Shown here piece by piece: positions 39,201 to 47,900 of a stretch of DNA of 64,000 nucleotides. The position numbers and the translations under genes were made by a program. The DNA is from Gemmatimonas sp. (GTDB lineage: Bacteria > Gemmatimonadota > Gemmatimonadetes > Gemmatimonadales > Gemmatimonadaceae): the NCBI GenBank assembly GCA_965279375.1, contig OZ257156.1:5152001-5216000 (forward strand), read 5' to 3'. A model generated the notes under the pieces. It did not search any database. It was not told the DNA's origin and saw only the letters and a program-made list of their open reading frames with translations. How positions within the stretch are numbered: the stretch's first letter is position 1; every line of letters begins with the position of its first letter.

Positions 39201-39883
39201 GCCAGTGGAAGACCGTGGTGGCGAACCTCGGATTTCCGTCCGGAAAGGACAAGACGATGGTGATCGACCTGGCGGGCAAGTTCTCAACGGCGGATCGGCA
39301 TGTACGCATCCGTACGAACCTGCAGATTTACTGGGACCAGGCATTCGTCGCGCGCGATCTTCCGGGCAGCAACAGCAAAGTCGAAACGCTGGCGCCCCTG
39401 TCGGCCAACCTGCACGCGCGCGGCTACTCGCGCATGTATCGCAAAGGCGGCCGCTACGGCCCGTATTGGTTCGACTACGCCAACGTGGAGCAGAACGCGC
39501 CGTGGCGTCCGATCACTGGTGCCTTCACCCGCTTTGGGGATGTGTTGCCGCTGTTGGACAAGGCGGACGACATGTACATCATCATGGCGCCCGGCGATGA
39601 AACGACCATCGAGTTCGATGCGCGGTCAGCCGAGTCGCTACCGAAGGGCTGGCGCCGCGATTTCCTGCTCTACACCGACGGCTGGATCAAGGACTCCGAC
39701 CTCAACACGGCGTTCGGTACGACAGTCGAGCCGTTGCCGTACCACGGAATTGGCAGTTACCCGTACGGCCCCACAGACCGCTATCCCACCGACTCTCTGC
39801 GCACGCGCTATCGTCGGGACTACAACACGCGCATCGTCGGCGGTCGGACGCTCGCGCGATCCTCTAACACGGAGCAGCGATGA
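36299..39883 (+). CDS. TPR + FG-GAP/VCBS + ASPIC/UnbV lipoprotein (CRTAC1-like) with a long C-terminal domain
   Basis: AAAC lipobox, TPR-like helices, repeated DYDNDGWLDL / DLDHDGDLDL / DVDGDGRTD, GVGARVEL...HFGLG, KGSCAFAYTWDG. Start set at MHLKV. Confidence 0.88.
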   Translation: MHLKVWRTCALLLGAGFITAAAACRSKPAASPEELYNTRTLGLGYLYRNQFAEADSQFRKLIALAPDDPAGYANLGLTYLQSGRYADAEPQLERARKLDPSAVNVSLMLAKLYALTDRPADAKAMLEALHTKAPRDVNVLYGLAELDSKQTDSASVGRYVERLRELLVVVPANLAVRVKLLGALSRVAEPDSLVRHLEEIRRIPPEPPREARVYIDSTIALLQGGRRVESQATLDRVIYLIEGSAPYQAALENVRTTEAPIPGRLLLNFAPRDFVSLNGVRTEATTDSARYVDATEDAGLSAVGTTSAQAPLASAIASAEIDGTNTLALFMSRWSPTAGKSVAQLFRVQSGMVRDVTTQSGISLPQGAVFAVFADYDNDGWLDLFAIGGEGRGHLFRNSGTGTFVETTAQARVGDVRGAHKAIVADLDHDGDLDLMLVGSGPRTVYRNNLDGTFTDATSAMGLAASDAGSAQATDAAFGDVDGDGRTDVIVGSATSGGRLLHNGGAQRFSDVSDAAGTASGAGFAAVAIGDCNNDGFLDVVALDAKSGAVLLLLNNGSGRFSADRRATAALKPTGSAANSVATLVDYDNDGWLDLVVGTSGARAANAPSLFLFRNDGSGKFVDRSAALPTAMRISGAAAITVSDIDDDGDEDLSLIDATGASRILRNAAGNANLGVNVELKGLRNGSGKNNSFGVGARVELRAGTLYQTRVVTNAKTHFGLGPHLKADVLRVEWTNGVPQTVFLPGSDQDVVEQEILKGSCAFAYTWDGKQFRFVTDAMWRSALGMPLGLMGSSSAFAPAGASQEYLRISGDALKPRNGRYVMQLTEELWETAYADEVKLLTVDHPDSIDVFVDERFVPPGPVTLRLFHVGKRELPRTATDATGHDLLPALKASDDVYVSNFVPTKYQGVVEPHELILDLPDVAGTPGSALFLRGWIYPTDASINVALGQQTALSVSPPSFEVRDARGQWKTVVANLGFPSGKDKTMVIDLAGKFSTADRHVRIRTNLQIYWDQAFVARDLPGSNSKVETLAPLSANLHARGYSRMYRKGGRYGPYWFDYANVEQNAPWRPITGAFTRFGDVLPLLDKADDMYIIMAPGDETTIEFDARSAESLPKGWRRDFLLYTDGWIKDSDLNTAFGTTVEPLPYHGIGSYPYGPTDRYPTDSLRTRYRRDYNTRIVGGRTLARSSNTEQR

Positions 39884-40833
39884 CTCGCCAACTGACGACA
39901 GGCGCACCGATGCGTCGACCCACCGCGCTGCACTCGCTGCTGGCCGCGAGCCTCTGTCTTGCCACGAGCGTTGGTGCGCAGACCACATCCGCGACTGCCG
40001 GTGCAAAGCCCGCCGCGCTCGGCGACTTCCGCGCACCAATGGGCGTGCAGCTGTGGACGTTCCGAGAGCAGGCCAAGCCCGATCCGGCCGCGATGTTTCG
40101 GATGGCCCGCAAGATGGGCATCACGCACGTGGAGACGGCGGGACTCTACGACATGCCAGTGGCCAAGTTCGCCGCTGCGCTCAAGACGGCGGGGCTGCGG
40201 GCGACGTCGATGCACGTGGGATACGACGACCTCAAGAAGTCGCCTGATGTTGTCATCGCCAATGCCAAAGCGCTCGGAGCGCAGTACGTGGGCATCGCGT
40301 GGTATCCGCACGAAGGTGCGTTCACCGAGGCCGATGCGCGCAAGGCGATCGCCGACTTCAATGCGTTCGGTCGCACGCTCAAGAGCGCCGGGCTCAAGTT
40401 CTTCTACCACAACCACGGCTACGAGCCGGTCCCGTTCGGTAAGGGGACGCTCCTCGACCTGATCATCGACCAGACCGATCCGGCGCTCGTGTCATTCGAG
40501 ATGGACGTACTATGGACTTGGCTGCCGAACGTAGATCCTGTGGCACTGATCCGGCGTCATCCCGGACGTTTCCGCCTCATGCACATCAAGGATATGCGTC
40601 CCGGAATCGCGCGTGGCTCGCTCTCTGGCGGCCTGCCCGCAGAGCAGCAGGCCGTGATCGGACAGGGACAGGTGAACTGGCCTGAACTGCTCGCTGCGGC
40701 GCAGCGTGACGGCTTCGCCTTCTACTACCTCGAAGATGAGACCACCGATCCGGTGAAGAACGTCCCGCCGAGCATCTCGTATCTGACACAGCTCAAGTAC
40801 CCGTCCAACGCTGCCACCGGCGCGCGCAAGTAG
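39880..40833 (+). CDS. Secreted sugar-phosphate isomerase/epimerase (xylose-isomerase-like TIM barrel)
   Basis: Signal peptide; GVQLWTFR, YHNHGYE, FEMDVLW, MHIKDM, GQGQVNW, YLEDE; ATGA overlap with the upstream gene. Confidence 0.88.
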   Translation: MTRQLTTGAPMRRPTALHSLLAASLCLATSVGAQTTSATAGAKPAALGDFRAPMGVQLWTFREQAKPDPAAMFRMARKMGITHVETAGLYDMPVAKFAAALKTAGLRATSMHVGYDDLKKSPDVVIANAKALGAQYVGIAWYPHEGAFTEADARKAIADFNAFGRTLKSAGLKFFYHNHGYEPVPFGKGTLLDLIIDQTDPALVSFEMDVLWTWLPNVDPVALIRRHPGRFRLMHIKDMRPGIARGSLSGGLPAEQQAVIGQGQVNWPELLAAAQRDGFAFYYLEDETTDPVKNVPPSISYLTQLKYPSNAATGARK

Positions 40834-40862
40834 GGTATTCTCTCCTGCGCTGCAGTCGAGCG

Positions 40863-42473
40863 TTAGACGAACACAGGTTCTGGGCCCAGACCACGCAGTC
40901 CAGGCAACGCCTCGATCAGCGCTTCACGAGATAGACCAAGCAACGCGTGGCGCTCGACGAGCACGTCGAGATCCACCGGGTACATGTTCTGCCGCGCAGC
41001 GTCCGCCAAACCGGCGACGTTGCGCGGTTCGAGCATCCGGGTCAGCCATTCGGTAAACTCTCGTCGCTCCGCTGCGCTGCCGATGTCGCCGCGACCGTTG
41101 GTGATGGCGCGCAGGCGGCGCAGTGACTCCTGTGGCAGCTCCACCAACACGCTGTCGTCTACGCCGAGAAATCCGCGCCAGGCCACGTCAGCCGTTGGCG
41201 CGATGCGCTGTTGCGTTTCGGCGTACGACACGGTGACGAAGTAGAGCATCGCCTGCGCAGCGAACAGGTCGAAATGCGCCATCGCTTCGTATGCGCCCGC
41301 CACGACGCGATCGATCTGCGTGGCCTCGCGATCGAGCGCGGAGGCGTAGCGAGCGAGCACCGGCGCCGATGGAAGGCGCGTACTGTTTGCGGCCGCTTCG
41401 AACTCGAGCGCGAGGCGTTCGATCGCACGCAGGCTCCACGCGATCCCCGACGAGAACAGCGGATCGACGAAGGCGTACGCATGCGGCAGCATCGCCCAGC
41501 GCGCCCCGGCCGCATGCGTGAGCCTATGTTGTTGCGCCGGTTGAAAGGCAATCGGTCGCAGTGGAACGGCATCGGCGTACGCGCTCGAGATGGTCGGATA
41601 TCGTTGCAGCAACGCCCGCCAGATCTCCTCGGCGCCGGCGTCGTCTCCGATTTGCAGCGACGCGAGTCCGTGCGGCGTGAGCGAGAAGCCCGCGCTCGTG
41701 ACGCCGTCGTCGAAGCGCAGGGCGTACATCCACCCCTCGTCGATGAGGTGGTGTACCGCAGCCCAATCGTCAGGGTACGGACCTGGTGGCAGCCCATTCA
41801 CCACCTCGGGCATGCGCTTCACGCCGGTGAAGTGACTGTACACCACCGCGGATTTCGTCTCGGTGTGCGTGACGGCAGATGGCAGCGAAAGCTGGCGCGC
41901 GAGAAAGCCGCCGGGTCCCGTCGCGTCGATGAGGAAGTTGGCGCGAAGCGAAAATTGCTCGCCGTGGCGACTTCCGCGCAGCTGAATGCCGTCGGCGTCG
42001 AAGTCCGCTCCGAGCACGTCTGCGCCATCGCGATAGTCCACCCCAGCGTCGATCGCCTGCCGCACGAAATGGTGATCGACATCAGCGCGCATCCAATGCG
42101 TGTCGGCCAGCGCGTCATCGGGGCTCGCTGCAACGAGCAGGCGCTCGGACGACATGCCGCGATTCTCGAACGCCTCGTGTGGATGATGCCGATAGAAGGT
42201 GAACCCGCGTTTGAGGCCGCGCCGCACCTCCGGCAGATGCGTAATCCAACGACCGTGCGTGGCGAGCTGGTAGCAGTCTTCGAGACCGTAGCGAACACCC
42301 AGCCGCTCCAGCGAAAGATTGCCGAGTGGTGTGGTGGACTCGCCGATGGCAAAGCGCGGGTGCGAGCCGCGTTCCAGCATCATCACGCGGTATCCGAGCT
42401 TGGCGAGAATGCGCGCGAGCAGCGAACCGGCGAAGCCGCTGCCGACGATCAGGACTTCACAGGCATCCGTCAT
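40863..42473 (-). CDS. FAD-dependent halogenase-like flavoprotein (PrnC-like)
   Basis: IVGSGFAG, HPRFAIGES, GLKRGFTF (candidate catalytic Lys), RADVD, IDATG, FVDPLFSSG; GWMYALRF in place of WxWxIP. Confidence 0.85.
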   Translation of the reverse strand: MTDACEVLIVGSGFAGSLLARILAKLGYRVMMLERGSHPRFAIGESTTPLGNLSLERLGVRYGLEDCYQLATHGRWITHLPEVRRGLKRGFTFYRHHPHEAFENRGMSSERLLVAASPDDALADTHWMRADVDHHFVRQAIDAGVDYRDGADVLGADFDADGIQLRGSRHGEQFSLRANFLIDATGPGGFLARQLSLPSAVTHTETKSAVVYSHFTGVKRMPEVVNGLPPGPYPDDWAAVHHLIDEGWMYALRFDDGVTSAGFSLTPHGLASLQIGDDAGAEEIWRALLQRYPTISSAYADAVPLRPIAFQPAQQHRLTHAAGARWAMLPHAYAFVDPLFSSGIAWSLRAIERLALEFEAAANSTRLPSAPVLARYASALDREATQIDRVVAGAYEAMAHFDLFAAQAMLYFVTVSYAETQQRIAPTADVAWRGFLGVDDSVLVELPQESLRRLRAITNGRGDIGSAAERREFTEWLTRMLEPRNVAGLADAARQNMYPVDLDVLVERHALLGLSREALIEALPGLRGLGPEPVFV

Positions 42474-43444
42474 ACCGCAACGCTCGCTGCGTCGCAGCGG
42501 GCGCAGGCAACGGCGGGTTCCAGTATTCCTGACACGTTCTGCCGATGCAAACGTGCAACGCGATCAGCGCGACAGTGCTCACACGCGGGCAGTCGTTCGG
42601 CGTCCCACATGTCGGCGGTGATGACGGCTGGAGACACTCCCAGACATTGATCGAGCGCTCGCTCTAGGTCACGAAGCGTGGGCGGCGTGAAGTGTCCGAG
42701 CGCTTGCAAGCGCTCGATCTCGCCATTGCCACCGCGTACCGGAATGATGGATACCACGCTCGCGCCACGAGCGGCGGCGTACTCCACGGTGCGGACCGTC
42801 CACTCGATCGATGCGTCCGCCGGCACGTACGGAGCCCCCAGCAACACGAACACGCGCAGGTCGATGTCGTTCTCGCCAAGCAAGTCCGCCGCGCGCGCGA
42901 ACGCATCGAGATCGAGTCGCTTGTTGAGATGCGCGGTCGCTGTGGGTTCGATCGTCTCCAGTCCAACCGCGACTTCCAGGCGGCTGCCGATGCGACGCGC
43001 GAAGTCTATTGTGGCCGGACCAATGGTGTTGACGTGCGACTCTACGGTGAGCGCGCTGTACGCATTCGTGATCTCCACAATGCGCGGCACGTCATCCGGT
43101 GGCACCGCGCGTTTGTCGAAGAAATTGCTCGCATTGTAGAACTTGATGCGATCCGGTCGAGGGCCCGAGTGCTCACGCAGCGCCTGTTCCAACTGCCTGG
43201 GCAGCGCTCCGAGTGGTGTGGGCCCATCAATGGTGTACTGCCACAGATCGCAGAACGAACAGGTGAACGGACATTCCGCGCCCGACAAGAACACGGTCAG
43301 TGCGCGTTCGATCGTGCCATCGGGGCGTCGTTCGTCTTCCAGCGTGCTGCCCTGCGGCGTGAACGCGTCGATGGCGCGCTTGGCCGGCCGCAGGGAGCGA
43401 ATGCGTCGATCGGCGTCCGTCGCGCTCTCACGGAGCGAACTCAC
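42470..43444 (-). CDS. Radical SAM protein, TIGR01210/RaSEA-like
   Basis: CPFTCSFC (CxxxCxxC), IKFYNASNFFD, VESH, EVAVGLET, LNKR; C-terminal CEHC...CARC; GTGA and ATGA overlaps. Confidence 0.85.
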   Translation of the reverse strand: MSSLRESATDADRRIRSLRPAKRAIDAFTPQGSTLEDERRPDGTIERALTVFLSGAECPFTCSFCDLWQYTIDGPTPLGALPRQLEQALREHSGPRPDRIKFYNASNFFDKRAVPPDDVPRIVEITNAYSALTVESHVNTIGPATIDFARRIGSRLEVAVGLETIEPTATAHLNKRLDLDAFARAADLLGENDIDLRVFVLLGAPYVPADASIEWTVRTVEYAAARGASVVSIIPVRGGNGEIERLQALGHFTPPTLRDLERALDQCLGVSPAVITADMWDAERLPACEHCRADRVARLHRQNVSGILEPAVACARCDAASVAV

Positions 43445-44775
43445 ACGGAGCGTGCGTACAGTGTCTCGAAGTGACCGCGATAGCGCGCTTCGTTACGCGG
43501 GAACAGTTCGTCCACGCGGGACGCTGCCACCGATCCATGCTGAAAGCGTCGCTTCTCGAACACCGGCATCTCGATGCCAAGCACCGCGCGAATGCCACGC
43601 GAGACGACTTCGCCCTTGAGCGCGTACAACCGCTCGTGCGAACCCGAGGTCAGCTCCGCAAATGGCAACGCTTCGGCAACCGCGATCACCGACGGACGCG
43701 TGTAGGGGCTGAAGGACTCGAAGCCGTACTCCCGCGCGCAAGCGAAGGCGCGCACGCAGCCGCGGCTGTAGCCACCCGAGTAGGTGAGCGAATGCTTGAT
43801 CGACTCCACGCCCCACCCTTCCTGATAGAGCATGCGGTTGTTCACGACACTCCGGATGGTGAGCTCGCGGTTTTCCTCGATGGGATAGTCCTTGAGATTC
43901 TCGTCGCCACCGTCGCCATCCACCAGCAGCTTCCACTCCGGATAGCGCTCTCTGATGCCGGCAAGCAGCGCGAGATTCACGACCGCGCACTCGACATCCA
44001 GTGGCTTGTAGTCCTCGATGACTGCCACGGCGCGCAACGGATCGAGCGCACTCGACGCAACGTCGATGACTTCGCCAAGCATCTCGAGATTGGTGCGGCG
44101 CAGGAACTCACGCGCCTGCTTCGCGTCTTCGCCTTCCCCGTCGACCGACAGGGTGAACGCCTTGAGCCGCGCCGGTGATTGCCCTTCGTTGAGGAGCAGC
44201 GCGTTCAGACAGAGCAGGATCGCACCGCTGTCGATCCCACCGGAGAAGGGCACGCCGATCGGCGCGGACGGGTCCTGCACGGACAGCCAGCGACGCAGCG
44301 ACTCGTACAGCGCCTCGATGTAGCGGCGGCCGGCGCCATCGAGATCGGTGGAGACGCTGTTGCGCGATGGCTCGAAGAAGCGCCGATGCACCGGATTCGG
44401 ATCGGGACAGCCGATCAGCCGCAGCGTCGTCACGTGGTGCGCGGGCACCATGCGCGTGTAGCTCGGATGGAACTGGTCCAACCAGCCGTGTCGCGCCAGC
44501 TCTGCCGCAATCTCGTCGATTCGTTCGGCGACAATGAGTACCGGGCCCGCAACGGCCTTGGCCAGGAAGTAGCGCATGGGGCGGTCGAGACTGCGCGCGA
44601 GCAGCACGCGCTCGCCGTCCTGCGCCATCAAGGCGAACGACCCTTCGATGGCGAGCACCGCGTCGGCGTTGGTGTCGAGCAGCAGGCGGCAGGCGTCAGC
44701 GGAGCTCATCGACCACAGACGCTGCGACTCGTCGGCGATGAGATTGATGACGTTGGCGATGTAGAGTTGAGACAT
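43441..44775 (-). CDS. Asparagine-synthetase-like ATP-dependent ligase lacking the N-terminal glutaminase Cys
   Basis: GSFAL, ARSLDRPMRY (degenerate Ntn domain), FSGGIDSG PP-loop, DGDGGDE, SPY, KRRFQHG. Start at MSQLY; the track ORF's upstream extension is antisense to the next gene. Confidence 0.85.
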   Translation of the reverse strand: MSQLYIANVINLIADESQRLWSMSSADACRLLLDTNADAVLAIEGSFALMAQDGERVLLARSLDRPMRYFLAKAVAGPVLIVAERIDEIAAELARHGWLDQFHPSYTRMVPAHHVTTLRLIGCPDPNPVHRRFFEPSRNSVSTDLDGAGRRYIEALYESLRRWLSVQDPSAPIGVPFSGGIDSGAILLCLNALLLNEGQSPARLKAFTLSVDGEGEDAKQAREFLRRTNLEMLGEVIDVASSALDPLRAVAVIEDYKPLDVECAVVNLALLAGIRERYPEWKLLVDGDGGDENLKDYPIEENRELTIRSVVNNRMLYQEGWGVESIKHSLTYSGGYSRGCVRAFACAREYGFESFSPYTRPSVIAVAEALPFAELTSGSHERLYALKGEVVSRGIRAVLGIEMPVFEKRRFQHGSVAASRVDELFPRNEARYRGHFETLYARSV

Positions 44776-44934
44776 GGCCAAAAAGTATCGATCGCCATCG
44801 AGCGCGACTAGTCGAAATGCACGCTCGGCGTACCTTGACGAAGCGCACCATCGACCGTAGTGATGCCGAGGTACTGGTGCGGTACCGCCGTGTCCGTCGG
44901 CACACGGTGCGTGCGTCCTTCCTCCGTCCCTCCC

Positions 44935-47900
44935 ATGAACATCGTGTTGCACATCGTGTTCGAGACGATTGCACGCCTTTGCTCCCCGCGACGTACCGCG
45001 GGTGTCGCCGCTCTGCTCTGCCTCGGCGGCTGCAGCACCGCCTCGGAACCGCCGGTCTTCAGGCTCCTGGATGCCGGCAAGACAGGCGTGGACTTCGCAA
45101 ACACGATCACCACGTCCGATTCGCTGAACGCGCAGAGCGACCCGTACGTGTACAACGGCGCTGGCGTCGCCGTGGGGGATATCGACAATGACGGGCGCCC
45201 GGACCTGTTCTTTGCCGGCAACATGGTCTCGAGCCGTCTTTACCTGAACAAGGGCGAGATGCGCTTCGAGGACATCACCACGGCGGCCGGCGTGCGTACC
45301 TCGCGCTGGGCGACAGGGGTGACGATGGCGGACATCAACAGCGACGGCTGGCTGGACGTGTACGTCGCCGTGTCCGGTCCGCCGTGGGCCAAGGGCGCAG
45401 ATCGCACCAATCAGCTCTTCATCAACAACCACGACCGCACCTTCACGGAGTCCGCCGCGAAGTACGGCGTTGCCGACAGCAGCTTCACCACGCACTCGGC
45501 GTTGCTGGACTACGACCGCGACGGTTGTCTCGATCTCTTCCTGCTGAACAACGCGCCGACCGATTTTGCACGCGGCGACGGGGGCATGGGCTCCGCCAAC
45601 CGAAAGGGGCAGTCGCCGGGCAGTCTCAACGTGCTCTATCGCAACGACTGCCACGGACACTTTACCGACGTCTCGCTGCAGGCAGGCATCGTTCCGGTCC
45701 CGGGGTACGGACTCGGCGTTGCCGTTGCCGATATCAACGGAGACAGCTGGCCCGACATCTACGTGTCGAACGACATCGGCCCCAACGATGTGCTGTACGT
45801 GAACAATCGCGACGGCACGTTCACGGACAAGGCGGCCCAGTCGCTCAAGCACACGAGTCTTGCCGGCATGGGCGTCGACATCGCCGACTTCAACAACGAC
45901 GGCTGGCCGGACATCGTGCAGGTGGACATGTGGCCGTCCGACCTGACGCGTCGCAAGCGCATGAGCGGGTTCGCCACGTACGATGGGCAGCTCGCCGCGC
46001 GCAGCCGCGGCATCCGCGAGGATGTCAGCGCCAACGTGCTGCAGCTGAGCAACGGCGTCACGCCCAGCGGAGATGTCGTCTTCAGCGATGTCGCGCAGAT
46101 GGCCGGCGTTGCCGCCACCGATTGGAGCTGGAGCGCGCTCTTCGCCGACTTCGACAACGATGGTCTCAAGGACATTTTCATCGGCAACGGCTACCCCAAG
46201 GCGGTCAATGACCTGGACTACCAGACCGCTGCGAATGGAGCGGTGCGCGCGGGCGACACACAGCGCGCACTCAAGTTGCTGAGCGATCTGTACGCCTACG
46301 AATTACCCAACTACGTCTTCCGCAACAACGGCGACCTCACCTTCTCCGATCAGAGCAAGGCGTGGGGTATCGACAAGCCGGGGTTTGCCTATGGCGCGGC
46401 CTACGCCGATCTCGATGGCGATGGCAAGCTGGATCTCGTCGTCAATAACATCGACGGACCCGCGTCGATCTACCACAACGTGCGCCCGACCGATGAAACG
46501 CATCACTTCCTCGCGATCCGGTTGCAGGGCGACTCGCTCAACACGCACGGCATTGGCGCATCGATCGCACTCAGCGCCGGCGGCGTCCAGCAGCATCTCT
46601 ACAACGCGCCGTCGCGTGGTTTCATGTCGAGCATGGATGGCCCGCTCCATTTCGGACTCGGCGGCGCCAACCGCGTAGACACGGTCGCCGTGGTGTGGCC
46701 GGATGGACGGCGACAGCTGTTGACGAATCTCGCAGCGGATCGCGTCGTGGACGTGAAGTGGGCGGACGCCTCGCCACCTACTGCGGGATCTGTCACGCCG
46801 ACGACGTCATCGAAGGTTGCCGCGACCGAACAGTATTTCACGCAGGCCGATGCCTCACAGGGACTCGCGTTCACGCCGCGCCCACCGTCGCTCGTGGACT
46901 TCCACGTGCAACCGCTGCTGCACTACATGCCGTCCCGCCAAGGGCCGCCCACTGCCGTTGGCGATGTGAACGGCGATGGGCTCGACGATGTCTTCGTTGG
47001 CGGCGGCAGCCGTGCGCCTGGCACCCTGCTCGTGCAACAGAAGGACGGACGTTTCGTGGCCTCCACACAGAACCAGCCGTGGACGGCAGACTCGCTGTTC
47101 GACGATTGGGGCGCGCTGTTCTTCGATGCAAATGGCGACGGACGCCCCGACCTGTACGTCGCGAGTGGCGGCTATCAACTCGCGCCCAACTCCCCGCTGC
47201 TGCAGGATCGACTCTATCTCAACACGGGAACGGGCGCCTTCGTCAACGCGCCGGCCAACGCGCTCCCAGCCATGCCAACGAGCACCGCTGCGGTGCGTGC
47301 TGGCGACTTCAATGGCGATGGCAAGCTCGATCTCTTTGTGGGCGGACGCCTGTCACCTCGCGAGTATCCATCGCCCGCTCGCAGCTACGTACTGCGCAAC
47401 GACGGCGATCACTTCACCGACGTGACCGGCGAGGTCGCGCCGGAGTTGGCGAAGCCGATCGGCATGATCACGGATGCGACGTGGGTCGACTTCGATGGCG
47501 ACGGCAAGCTGGATCTCGTCACGGTGGGCGAGTGGATGCCCATCGACTTCTACCGCAACGAAGGGACCCGCCTGCGCAACGTCACGAGCTCGATGAAGCT
47601 TCCGCCGCAGCGCGGCTGGTGGTACAGCCTGGCGGTGGCCGACGTGGACAAGGATGGTCGTCCGGATCTCGTGGCCGGCAACGTTGGACTCAACGTGGCG
47701 TATCAGGCGACGCCCGAGAGCAAGTTCGGCATCTACGCATCGCCGTTCACCGGCGGACAGAACACCGACATCGTGCTGACGCAGCAAGTCGGTCCCAAGG
47801 AAGTCCCCATCGCGTCGCTGGCGACACTCGGCCACGAGATGTACACGCTCGGCGTGAAGTTCCCGACGTACGGCTCGTTCGCGTCAGCGTCGATGGATCA

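Noticed and set aside
40863..44934. Lasso peptide or other RiPP cluster (AsnB-like cyclase plus radical SAM)
   Set aside because: No B-protease, RRE/PqqD, SPASM domain or convincing precursor ORF was found; a distant precursor cannot be excluded.
44776..45852. N-terminal 359 aa of the 803-aa track ORF, suggesting a fused AsnB protein
   Set aside because: Mostly antisense to the FG-GAP/ASPIC gene; AsnB-like sequence begins only at MSQLY (44775).
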